Under the pieces are notes generated by a model. The model ran no database searches. It was not told the origin of the DNA and worked only from the letters and a program-made list of their open reading frames with translations. The position numbers and the translations under genes were made by a program. From an uncultured Alphaproteobacteria bacterium (GTDB lineage: Bacteria > Pseudomonadota > Alphaproteobacteria > RF32 > CAG-239): a DNA stretch of 64,000 nt. How positions within the stretch are numbered: position 1 is the stretch's first letter; every line of letters begins with the position of its first letter. Below are positions 39,013 to 48,091 of this stretch, one piece after another. Location of the stretch: assembly GCA_904501925.1 (NCBI GenBank), contig CAJGCO010000007.1, positions 182 to 64,181 on the forward strand, in the 5' to 3' direction.

Positions 39013-40782
39013 ATGAGTAAACAAAACAATACCGATTTATCTATCGGGGGAAACATCTGGAATGTATTGCCCACAAATGAAAGGCAAGTAGAAATCTTAT
39101 GCCAAAAAACCGGCATATCCACTCATCTTGCAACCATATTATCACAAAGAAACATCCCTTATCAAGATGTAGAAAATTTCCTTAATCCCAAAATATCTAC
39201 CCTTATGCCCAACCCTAGCATTTTAAAAGATATGGATAAAGCCTCTCAAAGGATTGCCCAAGCAATCATAAACAATGAAAAAATCGGTATAATTGGCGAC
39301 TATGATGCAGATGGTGCAACTTCAACCTCTGTTATGCGCTTATTTTTAACCTATTTAGGGGCCGAAACCATTGTTCACATCCCAGAACGAGAAGAAGGTT
39401 ATGGACCAAGCCATCTTGCATTTGAAGAATTTAAAAATTTCGGCGCAACTTTAGTTATTACTGTTGACTGTGGAACATCTGCTTTTGAAATATTAGAAGC
39501 CCACAATCAAGAATTTGACATCATTGTAATTGATCACCACGAAGCAGAAACCAAACTCCCCAAAGTTCACGCTGTTGTAAATCCCAAACGCTTAGACCAA
39601 ACAGATGAACGCCCCGACTTAGGACATCTAGCAGCTGTTGGTGTAGTTTTTTTAAGTGTTGTTGCGACAAACCGAGTTTTAAGAGAACAAAATTTCTATA
39701 ATGATACCCTTAAAGAACCCAATCTAATGCAATGGTTAGATCTGGTTGCTCTCGGTACAGTCTGCGACGTTGTAACTCTTATTGGTCTAAACCGTGCATA
39801 TGTAACTCAAGGCTTAAAAATAATGGCAAATCGCCAAAATATAGGGCTAAAAACCCTAATTGATAGTGCCAATATAAACGAAAAGCCAGATGCATACCAC
39901 TTAGGCTTTGTACTAGGCCCACGCATTAATGCTTGCGGACGTGTTGGTCGTGCATCAATTAGTAGCAAATTACTCTGTTCAACCAATCCTTTTGAGGCCA
40001 AAGAGTTAGTTGAAAGCATGAACACCTACAACCAAGAAAGAAAAGACATAGAGTGCTTTGTTTTAGAGCAAGCCATTGAAATGTTAGAAGGCTCACCTCA
40101 AAACTATCCTATGGCATTTGTTCATAATACAAATTGGCACCAAGGCGTTATTGGTATCGTTGCCGGCAAACTAAAAGAACGCTACAATCTACCCTCTTTC
40201 GTTATGAGCATCGAAGAAGACGAGGTTAAAGGTTCAGCTCGTTCAATTCCAGAAGTAGACCTTGGCGCGCTAATCATTTCTGCCAAAGAAAAAGGCGTTA
40301 TAACCAAAGGTGGTGGTCACCACATGGCAGCAGGATTTTCATTAACTCAAGAACAAATCCCTGCATTCAAACAATTCGCTGGCGAATATATCTTAAAAAG
40401 CCTCCAAAACACCACTCCAACCCCAATTTTAAACATAGATTTATGCATAAACCTAACAGGTGCAAACCATAAATTATGCCAAGAATTAGAACAATTAAAA
40501 CCTTTTGGAACAGGAAATTTAGAACCAACAATCCTAATTAGAAATGTTTATTTTAATAAACCATACATCATTGGCTCCGGACACATTAAATGTGAATTAA
40601 CATCCATAACCTCACAAAAACTCCCAGCCATTGCTTTTAAGGTTGCTGATACATCTATTGGTAAAGAAATATTAAGCCAAAGCAAAAACTGCTACGATGT
40701 TGTTGGTAATCTTCGTTTCAATCATTGGAACAACAACACCACTCTACAATTTATGATTACAGATATAAAGAGGGCCGTATGA
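39013..40782 (+). CDS. recJ: Single-stranded-DNA-specific exonuclease RecJ
   Basis: 589 aa. DHH motifs (IIGDYDADGATS, TVDCG, VIDHH) and DHHA1 (GGGHHMAAG). Confidence 0.95.
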   Translation: MSKQNNTDLSIGGNIWNVLPTNERQVEILCQKTGISTHLATILSQRNIPYQDVENFLNPKISTLMPNPSILKDMDKASQRIAQAIINNEKIGIIGDYDADGATSTSVMRLFLTYLGAETIVHIPEREEGYGPSHLAFEEFKNFGATLVITVDCGTSAFEILEAHNQEFDIIVIDHHEAETKLPKVHAVVNPKRLDQTDERPDLGHLAAVGVVFLSVVATNRVLREQNFYNDTLKEPNLMQWLDLVALGTVCDVVTLIGLNRAYVTQGLKIMANRQNIGLKTLIDSANINEKPDAYHLGFVLGPRINACGRVGRASISSKLLCSTNPFEAKELVESMNTYNQERKDIECFVLEQAIEMLEGSPQNYPMAFVHNTNWHQGVIGIVAGKLKERYNLPSFVMSIEEDEVKGSARSIPEVDLGALIISAKEKGVITKGGGHHMAAGFSLTQEQIPAFKQFAGEYILKSLQNTTPTPILNIDLCINLTGANHKLCQELEQLKPFGTGNLEPTILIRNVYFNKPYIIGSGHIKCELTSITSQKLPAIAFKVADTSIGKEILSQSKNCYDVVGNLRFNHWNNNTTLQFMITDIKRAV

Positions 40783-41459
40783 AAAACTCAGATAAAAAAA
40801 ATACTTCACATAATTTCTTTGGTTTTGTTATTTCAAAACTAAAAACATATCTATTTACAGGTATCTTAGTAACAGCTCCTGTTTTAATTACCTTTTACAT
40901 GGCATACGAATTTTTTATATTCATGGATAAGTGGTCACGTTCGCTGATTCCACCAAAATTTGCATCTGAAAACTTAATCTATTACATCCCAGGAATTGGC
41001 ATTGTAATGTTAATTGCAATACTAATTTTAATTGGTATGTTCACAACAGGTTTCATTGGTGGTTTCTTTGTTCGTTTAGGTGATTATATTGTATCCAAAA
41101 TGCCCCTAATATCTAGCATATATTCCTTATTAAAACAGCTTTTTGAAACAGTTTTTTCTCAAAAATCACAATCTTTCAAAGAAGCTGTTATTGTAGAATA
41201 CCCAAGAAAAGGCATCCATATCATCGGCTTTTTATCTGGCTCACTAGAAGGTGAATTAAAAGAAAAATGCCCTGATGAAGATATGCTAAGTGTATTTATT
41301 CCAACCACACCTAACCCAACTTCTGGCTTTTTAATTATGTTACCTCAAAAAGATGTAATCAAGCTAGATATGAGTGTAGAAGATGCGCTAAAATATGTAG
41401 TATCTTGTGGTATTGTTTTACCCGAAGAAAAAAAGCAAAAACTAACCAAAAGAAAATAA
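40779..41459 (+). CDS. DUF502-family membrane protein
   Basis: Trimmed to the ATG at 40779 (ATGA overlap with the recJ stop). LFTGILVTAPVLITFYMAYEFF...IPGIGIVMLIAILILIGMF...PLISSIYSLLKQL fits DUF502. Confidence 0.75.
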   Translation: MKNSDKKNTSHNFFGFVISKLKTYLFTGILVTAPVLITFYMAYEFFIFMDKWSRSLIPPKFASENLIYYIPGIGIVMLIAILILIGMFTTGFIGGFFVRLGDYIVSKMPLISSIYSLLKQLFETVFSQKSQSFKEAVIVEYPRKGIHIIGFLSGSLEGELKEKCPDEDMLSVFIPTTPNPTSGFLIMLPQKDVIKLDMSVEDALKYVVSCGIVLPEEKKQKLTKRK

Positions 41460-41488
41460 TTGACAATCAAAGTAAATCTCACATAATA
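41460..41488 (+). promoter_or_regulatory. Sigma70-like promoter TTGACA-17-ATAATA upstream of metK
   Basis: Read directly from the sequence. It leaves a leader of about 75 nt with two hairpins before the GGAG SD. Confidence 0.5.
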
Positions 41489-41566
41489 AAACCGAAAAGA
41501 TATTCTTTTCGTGTGGATTTAACCTTAATTGTCCGGCACATTAACGGACTAAAATGGAGAACTATA

Positions 41567-42601
41567 ATGAATAGAACTGCAGAATACGTGTCTTTAGGAC
41601 ACCCTGATAAGATTGCCGATTATATATCATCTTCCCTACTTGACGAATGCTTAAAACAAGACAAATACGTTCGTTATGCTGTTGAAGTAATGGTAAAAAA
41701 CAATGATATTATTTTAGGTGGCGAAATAACTGGCAACATCAAATTAAATCACTTAAAAAAATACATCAAAAAAGCTTTGCGTGAAATTGGTTATAATGAA
41801 GAATATTCTAATATTTGGGGCGACAATGCCATTAATATAAACAAAATAAAAATAACCAATTTAATTAGTGCCCAATCTTGCGAAATTGCTCAAGGTGTAA
41901 ACCAAAATGGCTGGGGTGATCAAGGTGTGTTTGTAGGTTATGCAAACCACTCAGATGGTTTTCTAAATCAAGAATTATATCTTGCAAAAAAATTAAATGA
42001 TGCTCTATATCAAAAAGCCCTAAAAGAAACCAACTTAGGCTTAGATATAAAAACCCAAATAACCATAGATGAAAACAATTCAATTCAAACAGCAATTGTT
42101 GCAATCCCAATGCTAAAAAAAGTTGATTTAACATCTTTTGTAATTGATGTTTTAGGCTCAACTCCACAAAACATTATCATCAATGGCACAGGCTCATACA
42201 CTTGCCATTCATCAATCGCAGATTGTGGTATTACTGGAAGAAAATTAGCTTGCGATTTTTATTCAACAGCTTGCCCGATTGGTGGTGGCTCTCCTTGGAC
42301 TAAAGATGCCAGCAAAGCTGATTTAACCCTAAATCTTTATGCCAGAAAATTAGCCATTCAAAATTTAAAAAACAATGATGAATGTTTCATATATTTATCA
42401 TCTTGCATTGGCAAATCAGATTTACCAAGTGCTGTTATAAAAACCATAAAAAATGGTAAGGTTATTTCATCAGATATTTCTCTAGATTGCTCTCCTCAAA
42501 AAGTGATAGAAGAAATTAAACTCAATCGCCCAATATTTAAAAAATTGTGCAAACACGGTTTAATGTCATATTTTAACTCAAGAGGAAATCCAATCTTCTA
42601 A
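41567..42601 (+). CDS. metK: S-adenosylmethionine synthetase (divergent, short form)
   Basis: Trimmed to the ATG at 41567 (GGAG SD). Matches include EYVSLGHPDKIADYIS, GWGDQGVFVGYAN, LDIKTQITI and IGGGSPWTKDASKADLT, corresponding to the MetK motifs GHPDK, GDQG, D.KTQV and GGGAFSGKD. Confidence 0.8.
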   Translation: MNRTAEYVSLGHPDKIADYISSSLLDECLKQDKYVRYAVEVMVKNNDIILGGEITGNIKLNHLKKYIKKALREIGYNEEYSNIWGDNAININKIKITNLISAQSCEIAQGVNQNGWGDQGVFVGYANHSDGFLNQELYLAKKLNDALYQKALKETNLGLDIKTQITIDENNSIQTAIVAIPMLKKVDLTSFVIDVLGSTPQNIIINGTGSYTCHSSIADCGITGRKLACDFYSTACPIGGGSPWTKDASKADLTLNLYARKLAIQNLKNNDECFIYLSSCIGKSDLPSAVIKTIKNGKVISSDISLDCSPQKVIEEIKLNRPIFKKLCKHGLMSYFNSRGNPIF

Positions 42602-42602
42602 C

Positions 42603-42632
42603 AAAAAAGGGAGCCCAAAAGGCTCCCTTAAT
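42603..42632. terminator. Bidirectional terminator (stronger on the minus strand)
   Basis: GGGAGCC/GGCTCCC stem, 5-nt loop. T6 follows on the minus strand, after the flotillin gene. Confidence 0.8.
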
Positions 42633-42654
42633 TACAAAGAATCAGAACTTACGC

Positions 42655-44118
42655 TTACTTACTAGCTTTGTCCTTCAATGAAACCACTTTTTCAAGCAAT
42701 TTCTGCCCTGCTTCAGTTCCAGCAAAAGCCTCGACCATTGCACCCAAAGACTGACCGCCCTTAGCTGTGAACAAGTCCATCACCGAGCCTACGCCCTCAG
42801 AAATGTTCGAACCGGTGTTAGCAATAATCTTGATTTGAGCACCACCCAAATTCTTCGCCTGCTCCACACCGACAGCCTGCTCTGCCTTGATAGTCTCGAT
42901 ACGCACGAGGTATTCCTGATAACCAGCGTTCTCACCGATTTCCTTAGCAAGAGAAATCTGAGGCTCAACCTCTGCAAGACCGATAGACTTCTTAACTTCA
43001 GCCTCGGCACGACCCTTAGCCTCTGTTCCTTCTGCAGACTTCTTATCTGCAACGAGATTTGCCTCAGCCTCCTTTGTCTTAACGATAAAGTCAGCTTCTG
43101 CTCTGAACTCTGCAGCCTTCTTCTCTTCGTTTGCCACAACTACCTTTGCCTCAGCATTAACACGAGCTTTCTCTTTTTCAGCCTCGGCCTTGATAGTAAT
43201 TGTTTCTCTGTCAATTTCAGCCTGACGCACATTTTCAACCTTGATGACTTCCATCTCTTTTTCTTTGGTAGCCCTCTGCTGCTCTGTCACTTCCTGCGCA
43301 GACTGTTCCTTAGCAATACCGACCGCCTTTTCACGCTCAGCACGACGCTTACCTACAGTCTCTTCTTTTACCTCTTCCTTCATCGCAATAGACTGGAGTG
43401 CATCAATTTCAGCCTCCCTAGCCTCTTTATTGTTCTTAGCAACCTCTTTACGAGACTCCATGTCGATGAAAGACTTCTTTTTCTCCATGATGTTAGAGAT
43501 AACCTTCTCGCCGTCCTTGTCACGAACGTCCATCAATTCGATTGACTTAACAGGAACAACACCCCACTCCTTAAGATGATCAGAAACCTCTGTGGTAAAC
43601 TGCTCACCATATACAGAGCGCTTGGTCATGATCTCATCAAGAGTATCGTTTGCGAGTATTGAACGAACAGCACTCTGCACAATCTTTGTAAGATGCTTCT
43701 GCAAAGTAGAGCTATCCTCAATTCGAGACGCAGCCTGACGATAATCTGCAATTCTAAAGAACGCAGTAATGTCTACCTCAAAAGGAAGTTTATCCTTATC
43801 ATAGGCTTCATACCCCTGTAGATCTACCGAGAAGTTTGACAATGGCAAAATCTGAACTTCCACACCCCAGATAGGGAACCACTGCGGAATTTCATAATAA
43901 ACGTTACCGGAAGTTTCCTCTGGCTCGATAACCTTACCGTCTGCTGTGGTAATATTCTTAAGATTACCATAGATAAGAGTGTTTTTACTCTCACGCACAA
44001 CATGAACCTCTGAGGGTTTCACAACTCTACGAAGAGAAAGGAACCACCTGATGACAAGACATGCAAGAATGAACACAGCGACCGAAGCGGACAAGATAAT
44101 AATTGTACTTGTTTCCAT
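42655..44118 (-). CDS. Flotillin-like SPFH/band-7 domain protein
   Basis: 487 aa. N-terminal TM hairpin, an SPFH domain (VDITAFFRIADY...IVQSAVRSILANDTLDEIMTKR), a long E/A/K-rich coiled region, and a flotillin-type C-terminus. GC is clearly above the neighbours. No SD. Confidence 0.85.
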   Translation of the reverse strand: METSTIIILSASVAVFILACLVIRWFLSLRRVVKPSEVHVVRESKNTLIYGNLKNITTADGKVIEPEETSGNVYYEIPQWFPIWGVEVQILPLSNFSVDLQGYEAYDKDKLPFEVDITAFFRIADYRQAASRIEDSSTLQKHLTKIVQSAVRSILANDTLDEIMTKRSVYGEQFTTEVSDHLKEWGVVPVKSIELMDVRDKDGEKVISNIMEKKKSFIDMESRKEVAKNNKEAREAEIDALQSIAMKEEVKEETVGKRRAEREKAVGIAKEQSAQEVTEQQRATKEKEMEVIKVENVRQAEIDRETITIKAEAEKEKARVNAEAKVVVANEEKKAAEFRAEADFIVKTKEAEANLVADKKSAEGTEAKGRAEAEVKKSIGLAEVEPQISLAKEIGENAGYQEYLVRIETIKAEQAVGVEQAKNLGGAQIKIIANTGSNISEGVGSVMDLFTAKGGQSLGAMVEAFAGTEAGQKLLEKVVSLKDKASK

Positions 44119-44262
44119 AAAATAGATAATTTAATTTAAGTTAAGTAATATAATAATAAATCTCGAAAAAGGAAACTAGCATATATTTCCCTTTTTGTCA
44201 ATATGTCAAAAATAAAAAAATAAATAAAATTTCAAAAAAAATTATTTTTTTTTGCATTTGGA

Positions 44263-44293
44263 CTTGCTTTGCCAATTTTCGCTCCCTATATAG
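44263..44293 (+). promoter_or_regulatory. RpoH (sigma32)-type heat-shock promoter upstream of dnaK
   Basis: CTTG-N17/18-CCCTATATAG resembles the alphaproteobacterial sigma32 consensus CTTG-N17-CYTATNTNNG. It lies about 40 nt upstream of the ATG. Confidence 0.5.
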
Positions 44294-44333
44294 ACTAACA
44301 GAAAGATTTTTTTAACATATTAAGGATTAAATT

Positions 44334-46244
44334 ATGAGCAATAAAGTTTTAGGTATTGACTTAGGTACAACCAACTCTTGCTTTGCAATCATGGAAGGTG
44401 GCGAAGCAAAAGTTTTAGAAAACTCTGAAGGTGCAAGAACAACTCCTTCAATGGTTGCATTCACAGATACAGATAGACTTGTTGGTTACCCAGCAAAACG
44501 TCAAGCTGTAACAAACCCAGAAAACACATTATTTGCAATCAAACGTTTGATTGGTCGTCGTTACAACTCTGCAGAAGTAGAAAAAGATAAATCTACATCT
44601 CCTTTTAAAATTGTTGAAGGTGATAATGGTGATGCTTGGGTTGAAATCAAAGGAACAAAATATGCTCCATCACAAATTTCTGCTATCGTATTACAAAAAA
44701 TCAAAGAATATGCAGAAAGCTATTTAGGTGAAAAAATTGAAAAAGCAGTTATTACTGTTCCTGCATACTTCAACGATAGCCAACGTCAAGCAACAAAAGA
44801 CGCTGGTAAAATTGCAGGTCTTGAAGTTTTACGTATCATCAACGAACCAACAGCAGCAGCTCTTGCTTATGGTATGGATAAAAAAACATCTGGTACAATT
44901 GCTGTTTATGACCTTGGTGGTGGTACATTTGATATTTCAATCCTTGAAATTGGTGATGGCGTATTTGAAGTTAAATCTACAAATGGTGATACATTCCTTG
45001 GTGGTGAAGACTTTGACCAACGTTTAGTAAACTATCTTGCAGACGAATTCAAAAAAGAAAACAATATAGACCTTAAAGCTGATAGACTTGCTCTACAACG
45101 CTTAAAAGAAGCTGCAGAAAAAGCTAAAATTGAACTATCATCAACAACTCAAACAGAAGTAAATCTTCCATTTATTACTGCTGATATGAGTACAGGTTCT
45201 CCAATTCCAATGCACTTAAACATTAAATTAACTCGTGCAAAATTAGAATCAATCGTTGAAGATTTGATTGAAAGAACTGTTGAACCTTGTAAAAAAGCTA
45301 TGGCAGATGCTGGCATCAATGCCTCAGAAATCAGCGAAGTAATTCTCGTTGGTGGTATGACTCGTATGCCAAAAGTACAAGAAAAAGTTAAAGAAATCTT
45401 CGGCAAAGAACCACACAAAGGCGTAAACCCAGACGAAGTTGTTGCAGTTGGTGCAGCAATTCAAGGTGGTGTATTAATGGGCGAAGTTAAAGACGTTTTA
45501 TTATTAGACGTAACCCCACTTTCTCTTGGTATTGAAACATTAGGTGGTGTGTTCACACGTTTAATCGATAGAAACACAACTATCCCAACACGCAAATCAC
45601 AAACATTCTCAACAGCAGAAGATGGTCAAACAGCTGTTACAATTAGAGTGTTCCAAGGTGAACGTGAAATTGCCGCTCACAATAAATTGTTAGGTCAATT
45701 TGACTTAGTTGGAATTCCACCTGCACCACGTGGTATGCCTCAAATTGAAGTTACTTTTGATATTGACGCAAACGGTATTGTAAACGTTTCTGCAAAAGAT
45801 AAAGCAACTAACAAAGAACAAGCTATTCGCATTCAAGCATCTGGTGGTTTATCTGATGCAGATATCGAAAAAATGGTTAAAGATGCAGAAGCAAACGCAG
45901 AAGCAGACAAGAAGAAAAAAGAACTTGTTGAAGCTAAAAACCATGCAGAAGCTTTAATTCACACCACAGAAAAAACTCTAAAAGAAAATTCTGACAAGAT
46001 TTCATCTGCAGATAAATCTGCTATTGAAACAGCAGTAGCTGACCTAAAAACAGTTATTGATGGTGAAGATGTTGAAGCTATCAAATCAAAATCAGACAAC
46101 TTAATGCAAGCTTCTCTTAAATTAGGTGAAGCTATGTACAAAGCTCAAGGTGAACAAGCTCAAGCAAACCCACAAGGTGCGCCAGAAGCTGACGCTCCAA
46201 AAGATGACAACGTTGTTGATGCAGATTTTGAAGAAGTGAAGTAA
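44334..46244 (+). CDS. dnaK: Molecular chaperone DnaK (Hsp70)
   Basis: 636 aa. [18 protein letters not shown] and the rest are canonical over the full length. Confidence 0.98.
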   Translation: MSNKVLGIDLGTTNSCFAIMEGGEAKVLENSEGARTTPSMVAFTDTDRLVGYPAKRQAVTNPENTLFAIKRLIGRRYNSAEVEKDKSTSPFKIVEGDNGDAWVEIKGTKYAPSQISAIVLQKIKEYAESYLGEKIEKAVITVPAYFNDSQRQATKDAGKIAGLEVLRIINEPTAAALAYGMDKKTSGTIAVYDLGGGTFDISILEIGDGVFEVKSTNGDTFLGGEDFDQRLVNYLADEFKKENNIDLKADRLALQRLKEAAEKAKIELSSTTQTEVNLPFITADMSTGSPIPMHLNIKLTRAKLESIVEDLIERTVEPCKKAMADAGINASEISEVILVGGMTRMPKVQEKVKEIFGKEPHKGVNPDEVVAVGAAIQGGVLMGEVKDVLLLDVTPLSLGIETLGGVFTRLIDRNTTIPTRKSQTFSTAEDGQTAVTIRVFQGEREIAAHNKLLGQFDLVGIPPAPRGMPQIEVTFDIDANGIVNVSAKDKATNKEQAIRIQASGGLSDADIEKMVKDAEANAEADKKKKELVEAKNHAEALIHTTEKTLKENSDKISSADKSAIETAVADLKTVIDGEDVEAIKSKSDNLMQASLKLGEAMYKAQGEQAQANPQGAPEADAPKDDNVVDADFEEVK

Positions 46245-46262
46245 TTCGTTCTCCATAAAAAA

Positions 46263-46292
46263 AGGCCCGTTGAATTAACGGGCTTTTTTTTA
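46263..46292 (+). terminator. Rho-independent terminator after dnaK
   Basis: GCCCGTT/AACGGGC stem, 5-nt loop, T8 tail. Confidence 0.8.
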
Positions 46293-46302
46293 TATATATT
46301 TC

Positions 46303-46575
46303 TTATTTATTTAATTTTGCAAATTCTTCTTTTTGTTCCTCAGTTAATAAATTCCAAAACTCTTCAAAATATTTTTTTTCAATCTCAAGAATTCTTTTTT
46401 CGCCAGCTTTTAACTCTTCCATAATAGGCTCAACTTCTGCCTTTAATTTTTCTTTCAACTCAACAACTTTTTGACTTTGCTCATCTGATAACTTCAATGC
46501 CTCACCACTAATTTCTGTAGCCATAACATTAAAAGACAAAAACATAGCGCTCAAAAAACAAACAATATACTTCAT
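46303..46575 (-). CDS. Small periplasmic Spy/CpxP-like (LTxxQ) protein
   Basis: 90 aa. Signal peptide, a helical and charged body, LSDEQ and LTEEQ motifs. Confidence 0.5.
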   Translation of the reverse strand: MKYIVCFLSAMFLSFNVMATEISGEALKLSDEQSQKVVELKEKLKAEVEPIMEELKAGEKRILEIEKKYFEEFWNLLTEEQKEEFAKLNK

Positions 46576-46732
46576 TTCTATTCTCCTTATTTTTATATCT
46601 AAATTAAAAATATTATACTATAAAAAAACTGCAAACCATATCTCAATGTTATAAACATTACCATTTTATTCCTTGCAAAACAAACCACATTAGCTATGAT
46701 AGGCTCATAATAAAACAAAGGAGAATTATCAA

Positions 46733-48037
46733 ATGAAAATTACCGTAATAGGCACCGGCTATGTTGGACTACCAACAGGTGTAGGTCTAGCTGAATTAGG
46801 CAATGATGTTATCTGTTTAGACATTGATGAAAGCAAAATAAATAAATTAAAAAACGGCGAACTTACCATCTTTGAAGAAGGTTTAGATAGTTTGTTTGAA
46901 AAACACACTCAATCTGGTAAAGTTAGCTTTTCAACATCTTTTGCCGAAAGTATTCCAAACGCAGATTTAGTAATCTTAGCTGTAGGAACACCTCCACACC
47001 CTATTACTAAAGAAGCTGATATGAAATACATAAAATCAGCTGCCGAAAGTCTTGCAAAACACTTAAACCAATACACTGTAATTGCAATCAAATCAACCGT
47101 ACCTGTAAACACAGGCGATGCAGTTGAAAATATCATAAGACGTACAAATCCAACTGCTGACTTTGATGTAATTTCTCTACCAGAATTCTTAAGAGAAGGT
47201 TTTGCTGTTCAAGATTTCTTCAACCCAGACAGAATAATTGTTGGCGCAAATTCTAAACGTGCAAAAAATCTAATTGCAGATTTATACCTCCCATTCAAAG
47301 ATAGATGCCCAATTTTATATGTTTCAAGAAAGTCTTCAGAAACAATAAAATATGCATCAAATGCTTTCTTAGCTATGAAAATACAATACATCAATGAAAT
47401 GGCAGACTTCTGCGAAACATCTGGCGCAGACATTTATGAAGTTGCCAAAGGTATGGGCTTAGATAGTAGAATTGGTGCAAAATTCTTAGTACCAGGCCCT
47501 GGTTATGGTGGCTTTTGCTTCCCTAAAGACACAAATGCAATGGCCTATATGGGAAAATTTAATGGTATTGATTTATCATTAATTGAAACAACAATCAAAA
47601 GCAATGAACGCCGTAAAATCAATATGGCAAAACGTATCTTAGATATGGTTTCCGATATTAAAAATCCAACCATTGCTGTTTTAGGTAGCGCATTCAAAGG
47701 TGGCACTGATGATTGCCGTGAATCTCCTGCTCTTCAAATCATAGAAATCATGTTAGCACACGATGTAAACATTAAACTTTACGATCCGGAAGCAATGCCA
47801 AATACCAAAGCAATCTTAAAAGATATGATAACATATTGCGATTCTGCATATGAAGCCATTGGTGGAGCAGATGTTTTAGCCATCTTAACAGACTGGCAAG
47901 AATTTAAATCACTTGATTTAGAAAAAATAAAAGTATTAATGTCTCGTCCACAAATTGCAGACTTCCGTAATATGATTGACTACGAACTAGCCTCTCAATT
48001 AGGTTTTGAAGTAAAAAGCATTGGAAGAAAAATATAA
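46733..48037 (+). CDS. ugd: UDP-glucose 6-dehydrogenase
   Basis: 434 aa. MKITVIGTGYVGLPTGVGLAE (Rossmann fold); GYGGFCFPKDT catalytic Cys motif. Confidence 0.93.
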   Translation: MKITVIGTGYVGLPTGVGLAELGNDVICLDIDESKINKLKNGELTIFEEGLDSLFEKHTQSGKVSFSTSFAESIPNADLVILAVGTPPHPITKEADMKYIKSAAESLAKHLNQYTVIAIKSTVPVNTGDAVENIIRRTNPTADFDVISLPEFLREGFAVQDFFNPDRIIVGANSKRAKNLIADLYLPFKDRCPILYVSRKSSETIKYASNAFLAMKIQYINEMADFCETSGADIYEVAKGMGLDSRIGAKFLVPGPGYGGFCFPKDTNAMAYMGKFNGIDLSLIETTIKSNERRKINMAKRILDMVSDIKNPTIAVLGSAFKGGTDDCRESPALQIIEIMLAHDVNIKLYDPEAMPNTKAILKDMITYCDSAYEAIGGADVLAILTDWQEFKSLDLEKIKVLMSRPQIADFRNMIDYELASQLGFEVKSIGRKI

Positions 48038-48050
48038 TTAGACACCCATA

Positions 48051-48081
48051 AAAAAAATCCCCCAACTTGGGGGATTTTTTA
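48051..48081. terminator. Bidirectional rho-independent terminator
   Basis: ATCCCCC/GGGGGAT stem flanked by A7 and T6. Lies between the convergent ugd and MORN-protein genes. Confidence 0.8.
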
Positions 48082-48091
48082 TTACTAAAAC

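Noticed and set aside
41405-41566. N-terminal extensions proposed by the ORF track for metK (41405), the Bax-like gene (28138), DUF502 (40725), the MORN protein (49639), the nitroreductase (21157) and the phage genes (950, 1656).
   Set aside because: The extensions overlap upstream genes, promoters or terminators and lack SDs. In each case an internal ATG has an SD and/or an ATGA/TAATG coupling and gives a native-looking N-terminus or signal peptide.
42789-43579. Long ORFs overlapping the flotillin gene: 42835..43545 (+, 236 aa), 43241..43579 (+) and 42789..43139 (-).
   Set aside because: They lie antisense to or out of frame with a well-supported SPFH/flotillin gene. Their products are low-complexity (Leu/Ser/Phe-rich), as expected from the complement of an E/A/K-rich coiled-coil region in a higher-GC gene. 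They have no SD or independent signals.
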